A stretch of 64,000 nucleotides of DNA from a virus (IMGVR_UViG_3300033074_001364:5465-69464); one strand, 5' to 3'; positions 29,398 to 38,281 are shown, counted from the stretch's first letter. Notes: a model not told the origin generated them from the sequence alone. Program-made: numbers and translations.

Positions 29398-30174
29398 CTA
29401 TCGCACATAGCGGGGCTGCATCTCGACCAGCACATTGCCTGAGCCGCTGACGGCAGTGATGTCGAGGGAGAAGGTGCCTGAGCCAACGAATGACATGCCG
29501 AAGTCGGGGGTCGAGGTCAGGTAGCGGGCAGCGTTGGAGCCGCCTTGGGTAATCTGGAGCGAGGCGCAGTTGACTGTCACTGCAGACCCAGACATGGACG
29601 ACAGCACCATTTCCTTGCCACTGCCGGAGTGGGACATCGCGATGGCCGTGATGCCTGACCCGATGGTGATGATCGGATAGGTCTTGCGGGTGTCACCGAT
29701 AGCCACGCTGATGGTGGTGCTACCAGATACCGATGAGGAGCCGCTGACCGTGGTGCCGAGGAAGTAGGGTGGGTTGGCAAGGAAGGTGACGGTGTAGGTG
29801 GCGCGATCCGAGGTGCCTGCCACCAGTGGCATGGAGGCACCCTGGAATTCCGCGTTCAGGTAGCGGGTGGTGTCACCGATGTAGAGCTTGCATGGACCTT
29901 GGAGGTCGTCGAGGGCGCTGATGCCCTCGCGCCATTGATCCTTGATGTCCTTGAGGTGCAACAGGCCGGTGGTGTTGGAGAGTCGGGACAGCAGCCGCAT
30001 CCTGATGGATACCGAGCGCATATCGGCACCGATGCGCGACAGGGTGCCACCTGTTCTCCCGATGATGTCCGCTGAGGAGGTCCGCATGGAGAGCGGGAGG
30101 TCTTCCTCTTGACAGTAGCCGGGCAACTGATGGCTGTCGGCCTTGATGATGTAGATGGGCGTTGGGTTGGGCAT
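29398..30174 (-). CDS. Distal tail protein-like
   Basis: Immediately after tape measure; TVTFLANPPY, TYPIITI. Confidence 0.65.
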   Translation of the reverse strand: MPNPTPIYIIKADSHQLPGYCQEEDLPLSMRTSSADIIGRTGGTLSRIGADMRSVSIRMRLLSRLSNTTGLLHLKDIKDQWREGISALDDLQGPCKLYIGDTTRYLNAEFQGASMPLVAGTSDRATYTVTFLANPPYFLGTTVSGSSSVSGSTTISVAIGDTRKTYPIITIGSGITAIAMSHSGSGKEMVLSSMSGSAVTVNCASLQITQGGSNAARYLTSTPDFGMSFVGSGTFSLDITAVSGSGNVLVEMQPRYVR

Positions 30175-33100
30175 TACAGTCGAGCCCCTTCTGCCAGTGC
30201 CTTTGCCAGCGCTTCGTACACCAGCTTCATGAGCTGATCACGCGAGAGCTGTCCACCTGCGATCGTGCCAATGTTGATCGTGATGGCTTGTCCGTTGGAG
30301 TTGAGTCCTGTGCCAGCGAAGAAGCCACCGCCAGCAATGGTGGCGGGCTGACTGATCAGCGACGAGAAGGATCCCTGGTTCACGACGACGTTCGACATGA
30401 AGTTGGCAGCCTTGCGCTCTAGGGCAAGACGTTCTTCCTCGACCTCGATTAGGCGCTGGATCGTTTTTCGTAGCAGCTCGTCGTCCAGCCCCTTGACCTG
30501 CTTGAGGAACTCAGCGTCCTTCAGGAGCGAGAGAATCTCATCCTTGTTGGCTGCGGTCGCGCCTGGGATGGACGCCTGAAGGGCAAACGCCATCTTGAGG
30601 GCCTTCTCCAACTGATCACGGGGCAGGTCGCCGATGTCGAACAGGTTGATGCGCGGTGGCGATGGGTCCTTCCCGCCACCGATCTTCGGCACGTTGCCGA
30701 ATGACGGTGAACCGCTGAAGCCACCACCGAAGCCGGTGACAAGGCTGTCGAGAAGGTTTTGGAGTTGACGCTCAACCTGTGCAGCAGCGCTCTGAACCTG
30801 GTTTGCAGCCTGAACTGATGCTTGATTCGAAGCGTTGGCTCCGGTACGACCACGCTGAACGAAACGCTCACCGGCCTCATTGCCAAGCGAGCCGTCCATC
30901 CGCGCAACACCGATGAATGCGATCAACGGGTTGTTACGCATCGACTCGGCAGCACCAGCGTTGGCAGCAGCCAACTTGATGATCTGATCAATCACTTGGC
31001 TGATCACGTCGATGGATCCGCCGGACGCCACGATCAGGTCGTAGATGCGCTGCGTAAGCGTTTCGTTGCCCTTTGCGGCAGCGTCCGCGAACATCGGGTA
31101 CTGGGCAAGTTGCTCGCTGCTGGCAGCGACGAGTTGTGCGGCCAAGTCAGCAGCCTGTGAGACAAGTTGCTGTCCTTGCGCGAACTCCTCGGCGGTGATC
31201 TTGCCGGTACGGAAGCGCTCGGCAAGATCATCGAGGTCGTCGGCCTGATCCTTGAGGGTGGCCTTCACGAGTTCCGAGGCTTCGGCAGCAATGCGCTGTT
31301 CCTCGGTCATCTCGCTGATGCCCAGCGCAGCACGCAGTGCGGCTTCGTACTGGCGATCGAACTCAGTCGTGGTGCCATCGAGGGTTTCGTTCAACCCAGC
31401 GCCAGCGGTGAGGATGTCCTCGATTGAGACGAGTTGACTGTTGATCGCGCCGTTGGTGTCGAGGATCGCGGCCTTCATCCGTGCCTGTGATTCGGCGTTG
31501 GACTGGCCCGACTGCTCCATCTGAACGAGTGCTTGGCCCAGACGAGTGAGGTTCTCTCGCTGGTTCTCGTTAAATTGGAAGACAGGTTCGGAGATCCGGC
31601 CTTGCTTGCGATCCCCTCGTCCAGGTGTCGTTGGAATTCCGAACGACTCAGCGGCCTGCTCTGGCGTGAAGCCAGCACCAAGCAACGCTGCCTCGCGTGC
31701 ATTCTGATCAATGACGGTGCCACCAATCTCGATAGCAGCCATCGCCAGGGCCAATGGCAGGAATCGCTTCAGCAGGAAGGTGGCTGCTGCGATGCCTTTG
31801 CCCATCAATCCGAAGCTGACACCAGCCTGTGCCGCCGCGAGCGATGCGGCTGAGATCGCACCGCGAACGCCTGCGAACCCGATCAGGTTCAGCAGCGCAC
31901 CGCCGACGAACATGATGCCCTTGAAGGCAACGGCGAGAGCGATGAACGCGCCAACGCCACGCAAGACGTCGGGTGGCAGTGCTCGCAGCACATCGCCGAT
32001 CAACTTGAGGAAGTTCAGCAGTCCCTGGCCGGAGGCAATGATCTGCTCCCCGAACAGGTCATTGAATCCAGACTTGACCTGCTCGATGAACTGCGCGAAC
32101 TGTGGCCCGAGGGCGCTGTTGATCTTCGCGACGAGGCTGTCGAGGTTGCTGACGTCGGCCTGTCCGATGAGTTGAACTTCCCCGCGGATGTTCTTCATCG
32201 ACTCGTACAGGATCGCGAGGTCGGCCTTCGCACCTGGATTCAGGGGCGGAGTCAGTTCGGTGAACAGCTGGTCGAGCTTCTCAGTCTCGATGACGCCCTG
32301 CTGCTCCAGCGCGATGACGTCAAGGAGAACCTCGGTGACGCTGCGCAGGTTGCCCGCGGAATCGAAGATGCTGACCAAGCCACCAGTGATGGCTTGGAAG
32401 CCCTTCTCGGCCCGAGGGTCGTTCAGAATGGTGGCGAACAGCGTTCGGAAGGTGTTACCAACCTCGCTGCCGGTTCGCCCTGTTTCGAGGATGAACTCCC
32501 GCATCAGTGCGAGCAGGACAGGGAACTCAACCCCTGCCTCCCTGGCACCACGACCAGCCTGCTGGAAGCCGTCAATGAGGTCGGAGATCATGGTGGAGGC
32601 ACCACCACCGGCCACGACGATCTGGCCGATCACGTCCCCGAGCTTCTCTACGGGCACGTTCGCCTGATTCATAATGGCGATGAGGTTCGAAACCTCGGTG
32701 CCCACGTCTCGCTGCGAGACAGTGCTGAGCTTGCCCGCGTTCTCCAGCAGCAACTCGGCCGCGGCGGCACGCTGCGCACCCGCTTCGAGATCGAGGAACG
32801 CGCTCGCGGCGCGGTCAGCCTCACCCAGCAATTCCTCGACTGGTGTGACTGTGCTGACCGCAATGTCGAATACGTCGCGTACGAACTGCGGTGACTGCAT
32901 TTGGTTCAGGCCAGTCACCGCTTCGAGACGTCGCGTCTCGCGGTCGATCGTCGTCGCGAGGCCGACCGCTTGCGTAACGCCAGCGGCAGCGGCGGCGAGC
33001 GCTGCGTACAGCACGATCGTCTCGCCGATACGCGTGGCGTGGCGCTGGAACGAGGCGCTGGAGTTGTCAAGCGCATCGCGTTGAGCTCGTAGCTGCGCTG

Positions 33101-33569
33101 CTGATGCCTGCGCGGCTGGATTGATGCGACTCAAACCAACCGCAGCAGCGGACGTCGCTTGGTTATAGCGGCCAAAGGTCGGGCCACCCGCAGCAGTGAT
33201 CTGCTGAAGCAGCCGCATTTCCTTCGCTGTCTCCGCAACCGTGGGGGCGAAGCCCAGCGCACCCATCGCCCGCATTCCCGACTGCAATCCAGCGAGGCTG
33301 CGGGTAAGCGCCTGAACTGGCGATAGACTCGCCCTGGCGGCTGCTGCAACCGCTGCGATGGGAGCCGCACCGGCACCGCCAATGGGCTGACCGTTCGGGC
33401 CAAGAATTACACCACGCGCGGCGCCAGCGGCCGCAGCGGCGCGAGCACTCGCGGCCTGCGTGGCGTTGATTGCCTGCTGTGCTTGCAGTGCAGCGTTGCG
33501 CACCGCCTGCATCTGCGCGATAGCGAACGCAGCATTAGTTTGGAAGAAGATCGCGAAGTCTTGTCCCAC
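30174..33569 (-). CDS. Tape measure protein
   Basis: 1131 aa, Ala-rich helical, TP901-like core (LIDGFQQAG...TGSEVGNTFRT). Confidence 0.9.
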   Translation of the reverse strand: MGQDFAIFFQTNAAFAIAQMQAVRNAALQAQQAINATQAASARAAAAAGAARGVILGPNGQPIGGAGAAPIAAVAAAARASLSPVQALTRSLAGLQSGMRAMGALGFAPTVAETAKEMRLLQQITAAGGPTFGRYNQATSAAAVGLSRINPAAQASAAQLRAQRDALDNSSASFQRHATRIGETIVLYAALAAAAAGVTQAVGLATTIDRETRRLEAVTGLNQMQSPQFVRDVFDIAVSTVTPVEELLGEADRAASAFLDLEAGAQRAAAAELLLENAGKLSTVSQRDVGTEVSNLIAIMNQANVPVEKLGDVIGQIVVAGGGASTMISDLIDGFQQAGRGAREAGVEFPVLLALMREFILETGRTGSEVGNTFRTLFATILNDPRAEKGFQAITGGLVSIFDSAGNLRSVTEVLLDVIALEQQGVIETEKLDQLFTELTPPLNPGAKADLAILYESMKNIRGEVQLIGQADVSNLDSLVAKINSALGPQFAQFIEQVKSGFNDLFGEQIIASGQGLLNFLKLIGDVLRALPPDVLRGVGAFIALAVAFKGIMFVGGALLNLIGFAGVRGAISAASLAAAQAGVSFGLMGKGIAAATFLLKRFLPLALAMAAIEIGGTVIDQNAREAALLGAGFTPEQAAESFGIPTTPGRGDRKQGRISEPVFQFNENQRENLTRLGQALVQMEQSGQSNAESQARMKAAILDTNGAINSQLVSIEDILTAGAGLNETLDGTTTEFDRQYEAALRAALGISEMTEEQRIAAEASELVKATLKDQADDLDDLAERFRTGKITAEEFAQGQQLVSQAADLAAQLVAASSEQLAQYPMFADAAAKGNETLTQRIYDLIVASGGSIDVISQVIDQIIKLAAANAGAAESMRNNPLIAFIGVARMDGSLGNEAGERFVQRGRTGANASNQASVQAANQVQSAAAQVERQLQNLLDSLVTGFGGGFSGSPSFGNVPKIGGGKDPSPPRINLFDIGDLPRDQLEKALKMAFALQASIPGATAANKDEILSLLKDAEFLKQVKGLDDELLRKTIQRLIEVEEERLALERKAANFMSNVVVNQGSFSSLISQPATIAGGGFFAGTGLNSNGQAITINIGTIAGGQLSRDQLMKLVYEALAKALAEGARL

Positions 33570-33621
33570 GGACGAACTCGTCTAGGAAGATCGAGCCATC
33601 CGCGCTCGGAAGAATCCGGTA

Positions 33622-33650
33622 TTGACTACTGCTCGTCTAGGCCGTACTGT
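33622..33650 (+). promoter_or_regulatory. Moron promoter TTGACT-N17-TACTGT
   Basis: TTGACTACT variant; ATG 6 nt after the -10 box. Confidence 0.7.
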
Positions 33651-33656
33651 TTAGGC

Positions 33657-33890
33657 ATGACCGACGAGTATCCGCCCGTGGTGGTCGAGCACTACAAGGG
33701 CAAGGACGCGCACAAGCTTTATGAGGGCTGGGTGGGCGTCTGGGCGAAGCGGGGCTACGTTCCCATCAACGTCGTGACGTCAGGCGGTGGCTTCTCTGCC
33801 GGCCACATCCTCGCCTTCGGTATCGCTGGCCTCGCCGCCCGCAAGGAAACCGTGTTGACTGTCACCTACAAGCGCGAGGCGGCTACGTAG
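33657..33890 (+). CDS. Antisense moron, 77-aa protein with hydrophobic segment
   Basis: MTDEYPPVV...HILAFGIAGLAA; has its own promoter. Confidence 0.7.
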   Translation: MTDEYPPVVVEHYKGKDAHKLYEGWVGVWAKRGYVPINVVTSGGGFSAGHILAFGIAGLAARKETVLTVTYKREAAT

Positions 33891-34191
33891 CGCGCTCGAC
33901 CTCGCGGTCGCTGTCGAAGTACATCGCGCTTGACCCGCCGCCTTCCTTGCCGGGGGCGTGATCCTCGATGTATCGCGCGCATTTCTTGGCGGAATGCCAA
34001 ATTGACTTCGGTGGCCGCTGCTCCTCGGTTAGGTGCTCGAAGAACGACAGGATCCGACGGGCCTCGACCACGCAGTACGAGATCGTCCACGGCCAATCAC
34101 TGGGCGACTTCCAGCGGGAGAAGATCGGTTGTCCGCTGCGGTCAGCCGTGGCGACGATGTTCAGGAATCCAGCTGACCGAGCGATTTTCCC
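33883..34191 (-). CDS. Tail assembly chaperone, -1 frameshift extension
   Basis: GGGAAAA slippery heptamer at 34185-34191 opens frame GKIARSAGF... Confidence 0.75.
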   Translation of the reverse strand, partial: GKIARSAGFLNIVATADRSGQPIFSRWKSPSDWPWTISYCVVEARRILSFFEHLTEEQRPPKSIWHSAKKCARYIEDHAPGKEGGGSSAMYFDSDREVERAT

Positions 34192-34937
34192 AGGCCAGGC
34201 TCCATGTCCAGCAGTAGTGCGCGATGCGTATCGGCGAGTTGCGTATAAGCGGACGGTCGCTGCGAGCGGAACTTCTCCAACTCGCTCAAGGTCTTGAACG
34301 TCGGCTTCTTGTATCCCTTGTCGTTGAAGGTACAGCGCACGATCACTTCGGAGGTATAGCGCGACTGCCACTCGCTCGCCACGATCGTCTCGATGTGCGC
34401 GGGCTTCGCGCTTTCGAGCAGCGCATCGTGGTCGATCGCCTCCGCCTCCTTGTTGAGCGCAAGACGCGCGGACTCGATGGCTTCCAGCAGGGCCGTCAGG
34501 CGATCCTTCTCAGCCGCTTCGACCGCCTCCTCGTAGGCGTCCTCCTCCTTTGAGGTGGTGATGCCTTCTGGCTCTGGAACGTACTCCCGCTCCTCCAGAG
34601 AGTTCTGCTGAATCTCCACCGCCCTCGTCATCAGATGGCCGTTGACCCAGATGTTTCTCAGCTGCTCAGGGTCGGCGTCTTCGAGCGCTTCGATCAGGAG
34701 GTTCTGGTGCTCCTCGCTCTTGGGGTCCGCGAGGCGCTTGCGCATCGCGCGTCGCGCAGCGTTCGCGGCGCCCATCGCGACCTGGCGCTCAATGTCGCTC
34801 GGGCGGCGTACGAACAGGCGCAGCGTCGCGTCAACGTAGCGATCGCCCTCGCGCTTGCGCACGGTGAGATCGAGGGGCTCGGGGTCAGTTAGGAGTTCGT
34901 CAAGCGTGACGAAGCGGGGCGTCGGGGTATCGGGCAT
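34161..34937 (-). CDS. Tail assembly chaperone
   Basis: ATG after GGAAGGA; upstream of tape measure; ends at the slippery site. Confidence 0.8.
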   Translation of the reverse strand: MPDTPTPRFVTLDELLTDPEPLDLTVRKREGDRYVDATLRLFVRRPSDIERQVAMGAANAARRAMRKRLADPKSEEHQNLLIEALEDADPEQLRNIWVNGHLMTRAVEIQQNSLEEREYVPEPEGITTSKEEDAYEEAVEAAEKDRLTALLEAIESARLALNKEAEAIDHDALLESAKPAHIETIVASEWQSRYTSEVIVRCTFNDKGYKKPTFKTLSELEKFRSQRPSAYTQLADTHRALLLDMEPGLGKSLGQLDS

Positions 34938-34949
34938 AGGATTCCTTCC

Positions 34950-35004
34950 AACAAATAAGAACGCCCGGTAGACGAGCGCAAGCGAGCGCACGCGTTCCGG
35001 GCGT
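34950..35004 (-). terminator. Terminator-like hairpin with U-rich tail
   Basis: acgcccgg/ccgggcgt stem followed by TCTTATTTGTT on the minus strand. Confidence 0.5.
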
Positions 35005-35033
35005 GGGGTTCCTTCCTGAGATGGGTATGAGTA

Positions 35034-35548
35034 GGCCCCGCTGGCAGGACGAGTGACCAGCGGGGCCGGATGCCTCCCCGGAGGGAGGACGAATGGAGCA
35101 GGGACTCTACCCTGACGACAGCCCTATCGTTGATGTTAGTGTCAACTGTTGTACTGCCGACCACCCGTTGGGTTCCACCCACAGATTCGACCTTGTTAGG
35201 GCCTCCCGCTGAGTCAGTACCGTTGGCCCTGCGCTCAGTCGGTTTTCTTCTGCCGGATGTGCGTTCTGGCCCTCTAGGGATAGCCAGATTCCGCCATCTC
35301 CCTGCCCAAGGAGCAACCCCTGAGCATTATCTAATCGGCATACTCCCTTGCGGGTTCGGGCCAGTATGCCAGTGGCCCGGTCTGACGATGGTAAGGCGAC
35401 CCCACCATCCGCGGGCTCGTTACCCGACTCGTCGAGCTCTTTGGTCGGCGTCCACCCGAGCCTCAAGAGGGAGCTCGTCATCGGTTGTCATTCAGGAGGG
35501 CTAGCCAGCTGAATGTTCCGACGATCACGGTGGTTGTCCTCATCGACT
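35034..35548 (-). ncRNA. Candidate large structured ncRNA (~450-515 nt)
   Basis: Own promoter; many nested helices, GNRA loop, two possible pseudoknots; strong 3' hairpin 35034-35067. Confidence 0.65.
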
Positions 35549-35554
35549 GACGAC

Positions 35555-35584
35555 AGTCTACCACACACCTACGCTAGTAGTCAC
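35555..35584 (-). promoter_or_regulatory. Phage promoter motif GTGACT-N18-TAGACT
   Basis: Motif match upstream of the candidate RNA. Confidence 0.78.
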
Positions 35585-35605
35585 GGGGTAGTAGGTGAAG
35601 ATTCC

Positions 35606-36748
35606 TTACGCCACCACGCGCAGCAGGTTCGATGGGATGCGGTTGACGACCGAGTTCGGCAGCGATCCATTCCAGTGGGCCGTCGCCTCATACTCGGCGT
35701 AAATCTTCCCCGTGTTGCCCGCGTAGTCGATGACGTAGGCGCCGAACTCCTGTAGGGCTCGGGCGACGATCTTGCCGGTGGCCGTCAGGGCGCGGTTCTG
35801 TGAATCTCTCACCTGGTCGAGGTTGACGGACGGATCGAGGAAGATGCGGCTGCCCTCTGGGATACCACCATTGGTGGGTCCATCGCTCTTGGTGGCTGGA
35901 TACACATGCTGCGGTCCGACGCTGTTGCAGCCCACCACGAGAGCATGGGGGATGCGACCCGCTGCAATCTCATGCGGGCGGATCAGGCCAGCGTAGTAGG
36001 GGACACCAGCGCCACGAGAGGCGTACACGGTCGGGTGCGTGGTGCCCTTGCCGTACATGCCGCCGACCAGCAGGGATCCGTTCGATGCCGTGGCGGTGCG
36101 TGCTGTTCGGTTGACGTTACGGACCTGCCACAGGTCGAGCTCGTCGCCGTTCGTCAGGTCAACAGCGATGATCTGACCATCACTGCCAGCCGATACGGTG
36201 AAGTCCGATGGAAGCCGAACGGTGAATCGCTTGTTCGGAGCATCGCTGGCAGAGGTGCCCTTGTAGACCTTGGCTGCACCCGTGCAGGTGATCGTCCAGA
36301 CCGGCGCAGACTCGTTGGCGAAGTAGACCGGGTAGCTGTACTGGGTGGGGTCGATGCTGACGAAGGCGATGCGATTGATCCACTCAGCAGAGCGTGAATG
36401 CACCTGTGGGTTGGCAGGTAGTGGCGTGTTCCATGGAGAGTCAGCGCTGTAGGGGCGCGACAGTGGGTTCCATGAGGTGGGGTCTGGCTCTGGCTCAGGC
36501 TGTGGATCAGGCTCGGGATCCGGCTCAGGTTCTGGTTCCGGGTCAGGTTCGGGGTCTGGCTCGGGGCCAGGCTCAGACTCTAGGAGATTCGCCAAGCGGT
36601 GGAGGAACGCCACCATCTGGGCACGCGACGTCGGTTGGTCGGGCGCAAACTTCCCGCCGCCTACTCCGAACGTGATGCCGTTCTCGGCTGCCCACTCAAT
36701 GTCGTCGTAGAAGGGATGATTAAGGGGGACATCGCTGAAGCGGGTCAT
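35606..36748 (-). CDS. SLH-domain protein with (EPDP)n linker and uncharacterised C-terminal domain
   Basis: FSDVPLNHPFYDDIEWAAENGIT.G....F.P...TSRAQM. Confidence 0.8.
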   Translation of the reverse strand: MTRFSDVPLNHPFYDDIEWAAENGITFGVGGGKFAPDQPTSRAQMVAFLHRLANLLESEPGPEPDPEPDPEPEPEPDPEPDPQPEPEPDPTSWNPLSRPYSADSPWNTPLPANPQVHSRSAEWINRIAFVSIDPTQYSYPVYFANESAPVWTITCTGAAKVYKGTSASDAPNKRFTVRLPSDFTVSAGSDGQIIAVDLTNGDELDLWQVRNVNRTARTATASNGSLLVGGMYGKGTTHPTVYASRGAGVPYYAGLIRPHEIAAGRIPHALVVGCNSVGPQHVYPATKSDGPTNGGIPEGSRIFLDPSVNLDQVRDSQNRALTATGKIVARALQEFGAYVIDYAGNTGKIYAEYEATAHWNGSLPNSVVNRIPSNLLRVVA

Positions 36749-36762
36749 GGGTCCTCGAAGGT

Positions 36763-36837
36763 TGGAGCCGCCAGGGTGAATCGAACACCCGCTGAGGCCA
36801 TACAAAGGGCTCTGTCTGCCACTAACGATATGGCGGC
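36763..36837 (-). tRNA. tRNA-Thr(TGT)
   Basis: Cloverleaf, loop TT-TGT-AT, one stem mismatch, CCA. Confidence 0.75.
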
Positions 36838-36863
36838 TTGGAATAGTCCCCCTAGATTTGAAT

Positions 36864-36938
36864 TGGAGGTCCAGGTCCGATTCGAACGGACGTGACTGCG
36901 TTACGACGGCAGCATCCTAGCCACTAGATGACTAGACC
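36864..36938 (-). tRNA. tRNA-Thr(CGT)
   Basis: Cloverleaf, loop GT-CGT-AA; body lacks typical C2-G71. Confidence 0.7.
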
Positions 36939-36939
36939 T

Positions 36940-37014
36940 TGGTACCCAATGACAGAATCGAACTGCCACCTACTGGATGTAAGCCAGTCGTCCTATCCGT
37001 TAGACGAATCGGGC
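36940..37014 (-). tRNA. tRNA-Val(TAC)
   Basis: Cloverleaf, CCA. Confidence 0.9.
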
Positions 37015-37182
37015 AGGGTGGGCACGCGTGGGCCGAAGCCAGACCGTGCCGCTGTCCGTTGCGGGAGCGCAGTACTACGCGTAACCCCGGACCGGAATGA
37101 ATGGGAGAGTGCTACATGGCATTGCTTTCAGAGAACCGCCCGAGGCGGCACGCCTTCGCATTGCTCCTTATGCGTGATGAAA

Positions 37183-37256
37183 TGGAGCCATCGTCCATAA
37201 TCGAAATGGAACCTTCCCCTTACCACAGGGATGCTCGGCCTTCGAGCTACGACGGC
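37183..37256 (-). tRNA. tRNA-Thr(GGT)
   Basis: Cloverleaf, CCA. Confidence 0.88.
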
Positions 37257-37261
37257 TTGTG

Positions 37262-37337
37262 TGGTCTGAGTGGAGCGGCTCGAACGCCCGACAGCCGCGC
37301 CCCAAACGCGGTGCTCTACCTACTGAGCTACACTCAG
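37262..37337 (-). tRNA. tRNA-Pro(TGG)
   Basis: Cloverleaf, CCA. Confidence 0.9.
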
Positions 37338-37348
37338 ACGACTAATAC

Positions 37349-37436
37349 TGGCGGATGGACGAGGATTCGAACCTCGGTAGGCTTGCGCCCGCAATCCTTA
37401 GCAGGGATGCCCGATTGGCCGCTCCGGCACCCATCC
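37349..37436 (-). tRNA. tRNA-Ser(GCT)
   Basis: Long variable arm, G73, CCA. Confidence 0.92.
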
Positions 37437-37437
37437 G

Positions 37438-37513
37438 TGGAGAGCCTGGTCGGGATCGAACCGACGTCCAGCTGCTTAAAAGGCAGCCGCTCTGCCGCTG
37501 AGCTTACAGGCCC
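37438..37513 (-). tRNA. tRNA-Lys(TTT)
   Basis: Cloverleaf, CCA. Confidence 0.9.
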
Positions 37514-37541
37514 TTGATAAGGCGGCAAACTTCTGTATAAG

Positions 37542-37615
37542 TGGAGCACTCTCTCGGATTCGAACCGAGGTGACGTGGGTTGCAACCACGCCGCTGGCCG
37601 CTCGCGCAAGAGTGC
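37542..37615 (-). tRNA. tRNA-Cys(GCA)
   Basis: Cloverleaf, U73, CCA. Confidence 0.92.
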
Positions 37616-37616
37616 T

Positions 37617-37691
37617 TGGTCAGGGGCATCGGCTATGATCCGATCCTGTCAGCGCCACAAGCTGAAGTGCTGCCACCTACACCAGCCCCTA
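37617..37691 (-). tRNA. tRNA-His(GTG), atypical
   Basis: Cloverleaf; T-loop ATCATAG, A73, no encoded G-1. Confidence 0.75.
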
Positions 37692-37761
37692 GTTGGAAGC
37701 GAGCCGCCGGTACTCTCACCTTTCAACCGGCATCGTTCGCCCTGTGAGGGGACTCGCTGTG

Positions 37762-37810
37762 TGCTGGATATGGTCGGCAACAAGTGCGTGACTGCCGACC
37801 ATATCCAGCA
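37762..37810. repeat. Perfect 18-bp inverted repeat
   Basis: tgctggatatggtcggca-N13-tgccgaccatatccagca. Confidence 0.92.
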
Positions 37811-37836
37811 ATACCGTAGCGTTTCCGGTACGGTTG

Positions 37837-37909
37837 TGGCACCGCAGACAGGAGTCGGACCTGTAGCAAGTCGTTTTGGAGACGACCGCGCTCCCACGAG
37901 CTCGGCGGC
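37837..37909 (-). tRNA. tRNA-Trp(CCA)
   Basis: Loop CT-CCA-AA, G73, short D-loop, T-loop TCCGACT. Confidence 0.8.
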
Positions 37910-37916
37910 ATGGATG

Positions 37917-37993
37917 TGGTCGCCCTCCTGCGATTCGAACGCAGAACCTCCTCCTCTTGAGGGAGTCGCCTCTACCAGTTGGGCTAGAGGGCG
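37917..37993 (-). tRNA. tRNA-Leu(CAA), short variable loop
   Basis: Cloverleaf, CCA. Confidence 0.85.
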
Positions 37994-38039
37994 TAGACGG
38001 GCCGGGGAATCCTCGCGAGGGCTGTCCGACCCGTATGAA

Positions 38040-38115
38040 TGGTGGTCCCCCAGAGATTCGAACTCTGACTGGCACGCTCCTAAGGCGTGTGCCTCTACCG
38101 TTGGGCTAGAGAACC
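38040..38115 (-). tRNA. tRNA-Leu(TAG), short variable loop
   Basis: Cloverleaf, CCA. Confidence 0.88.
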
Positions 38116-38121
38116 AGGTGT

Positions 38122-38196
38122 TGGTGGAGCTAAGTGGATTCGAACCACCGACCCGCTGCTTGCAAAGCAGCCGCTCTCCCACTGAGCTACAGCCCC
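38122..38196 (-). tRNA. tRNA-Ala(TGC)
   Basis: Cloverleaf, G3-U70, CCA. Confidence 0.95.
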
Positions 38197-38205
38197 ATGA
38201 ATGAT

Positions 38206-38281
38206 TGGCGGAACCGAAGGGATTTGAACCCTCGACCTTCAGCGTGACAAGCTGACATGCTGACCGCTACACCACGGCTCC
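38206..38281 (-). tRNA. tRNA-Asp(GTC)
   Basis: Cloverleaf, G73, CCA. Confidence 0.95.

Noticed and set aside
36477-36580. Tandem repeats as a possible CRISPR array
   Set aside because: In-frame EPDP/EPEP coding linker with no spacers and no cas genes
37075-37161. 28-aa ORF after AAGGAG in a tRNA spacer
   Set aside because: RBS only 2 nt from the ATG and no recognisable protein features
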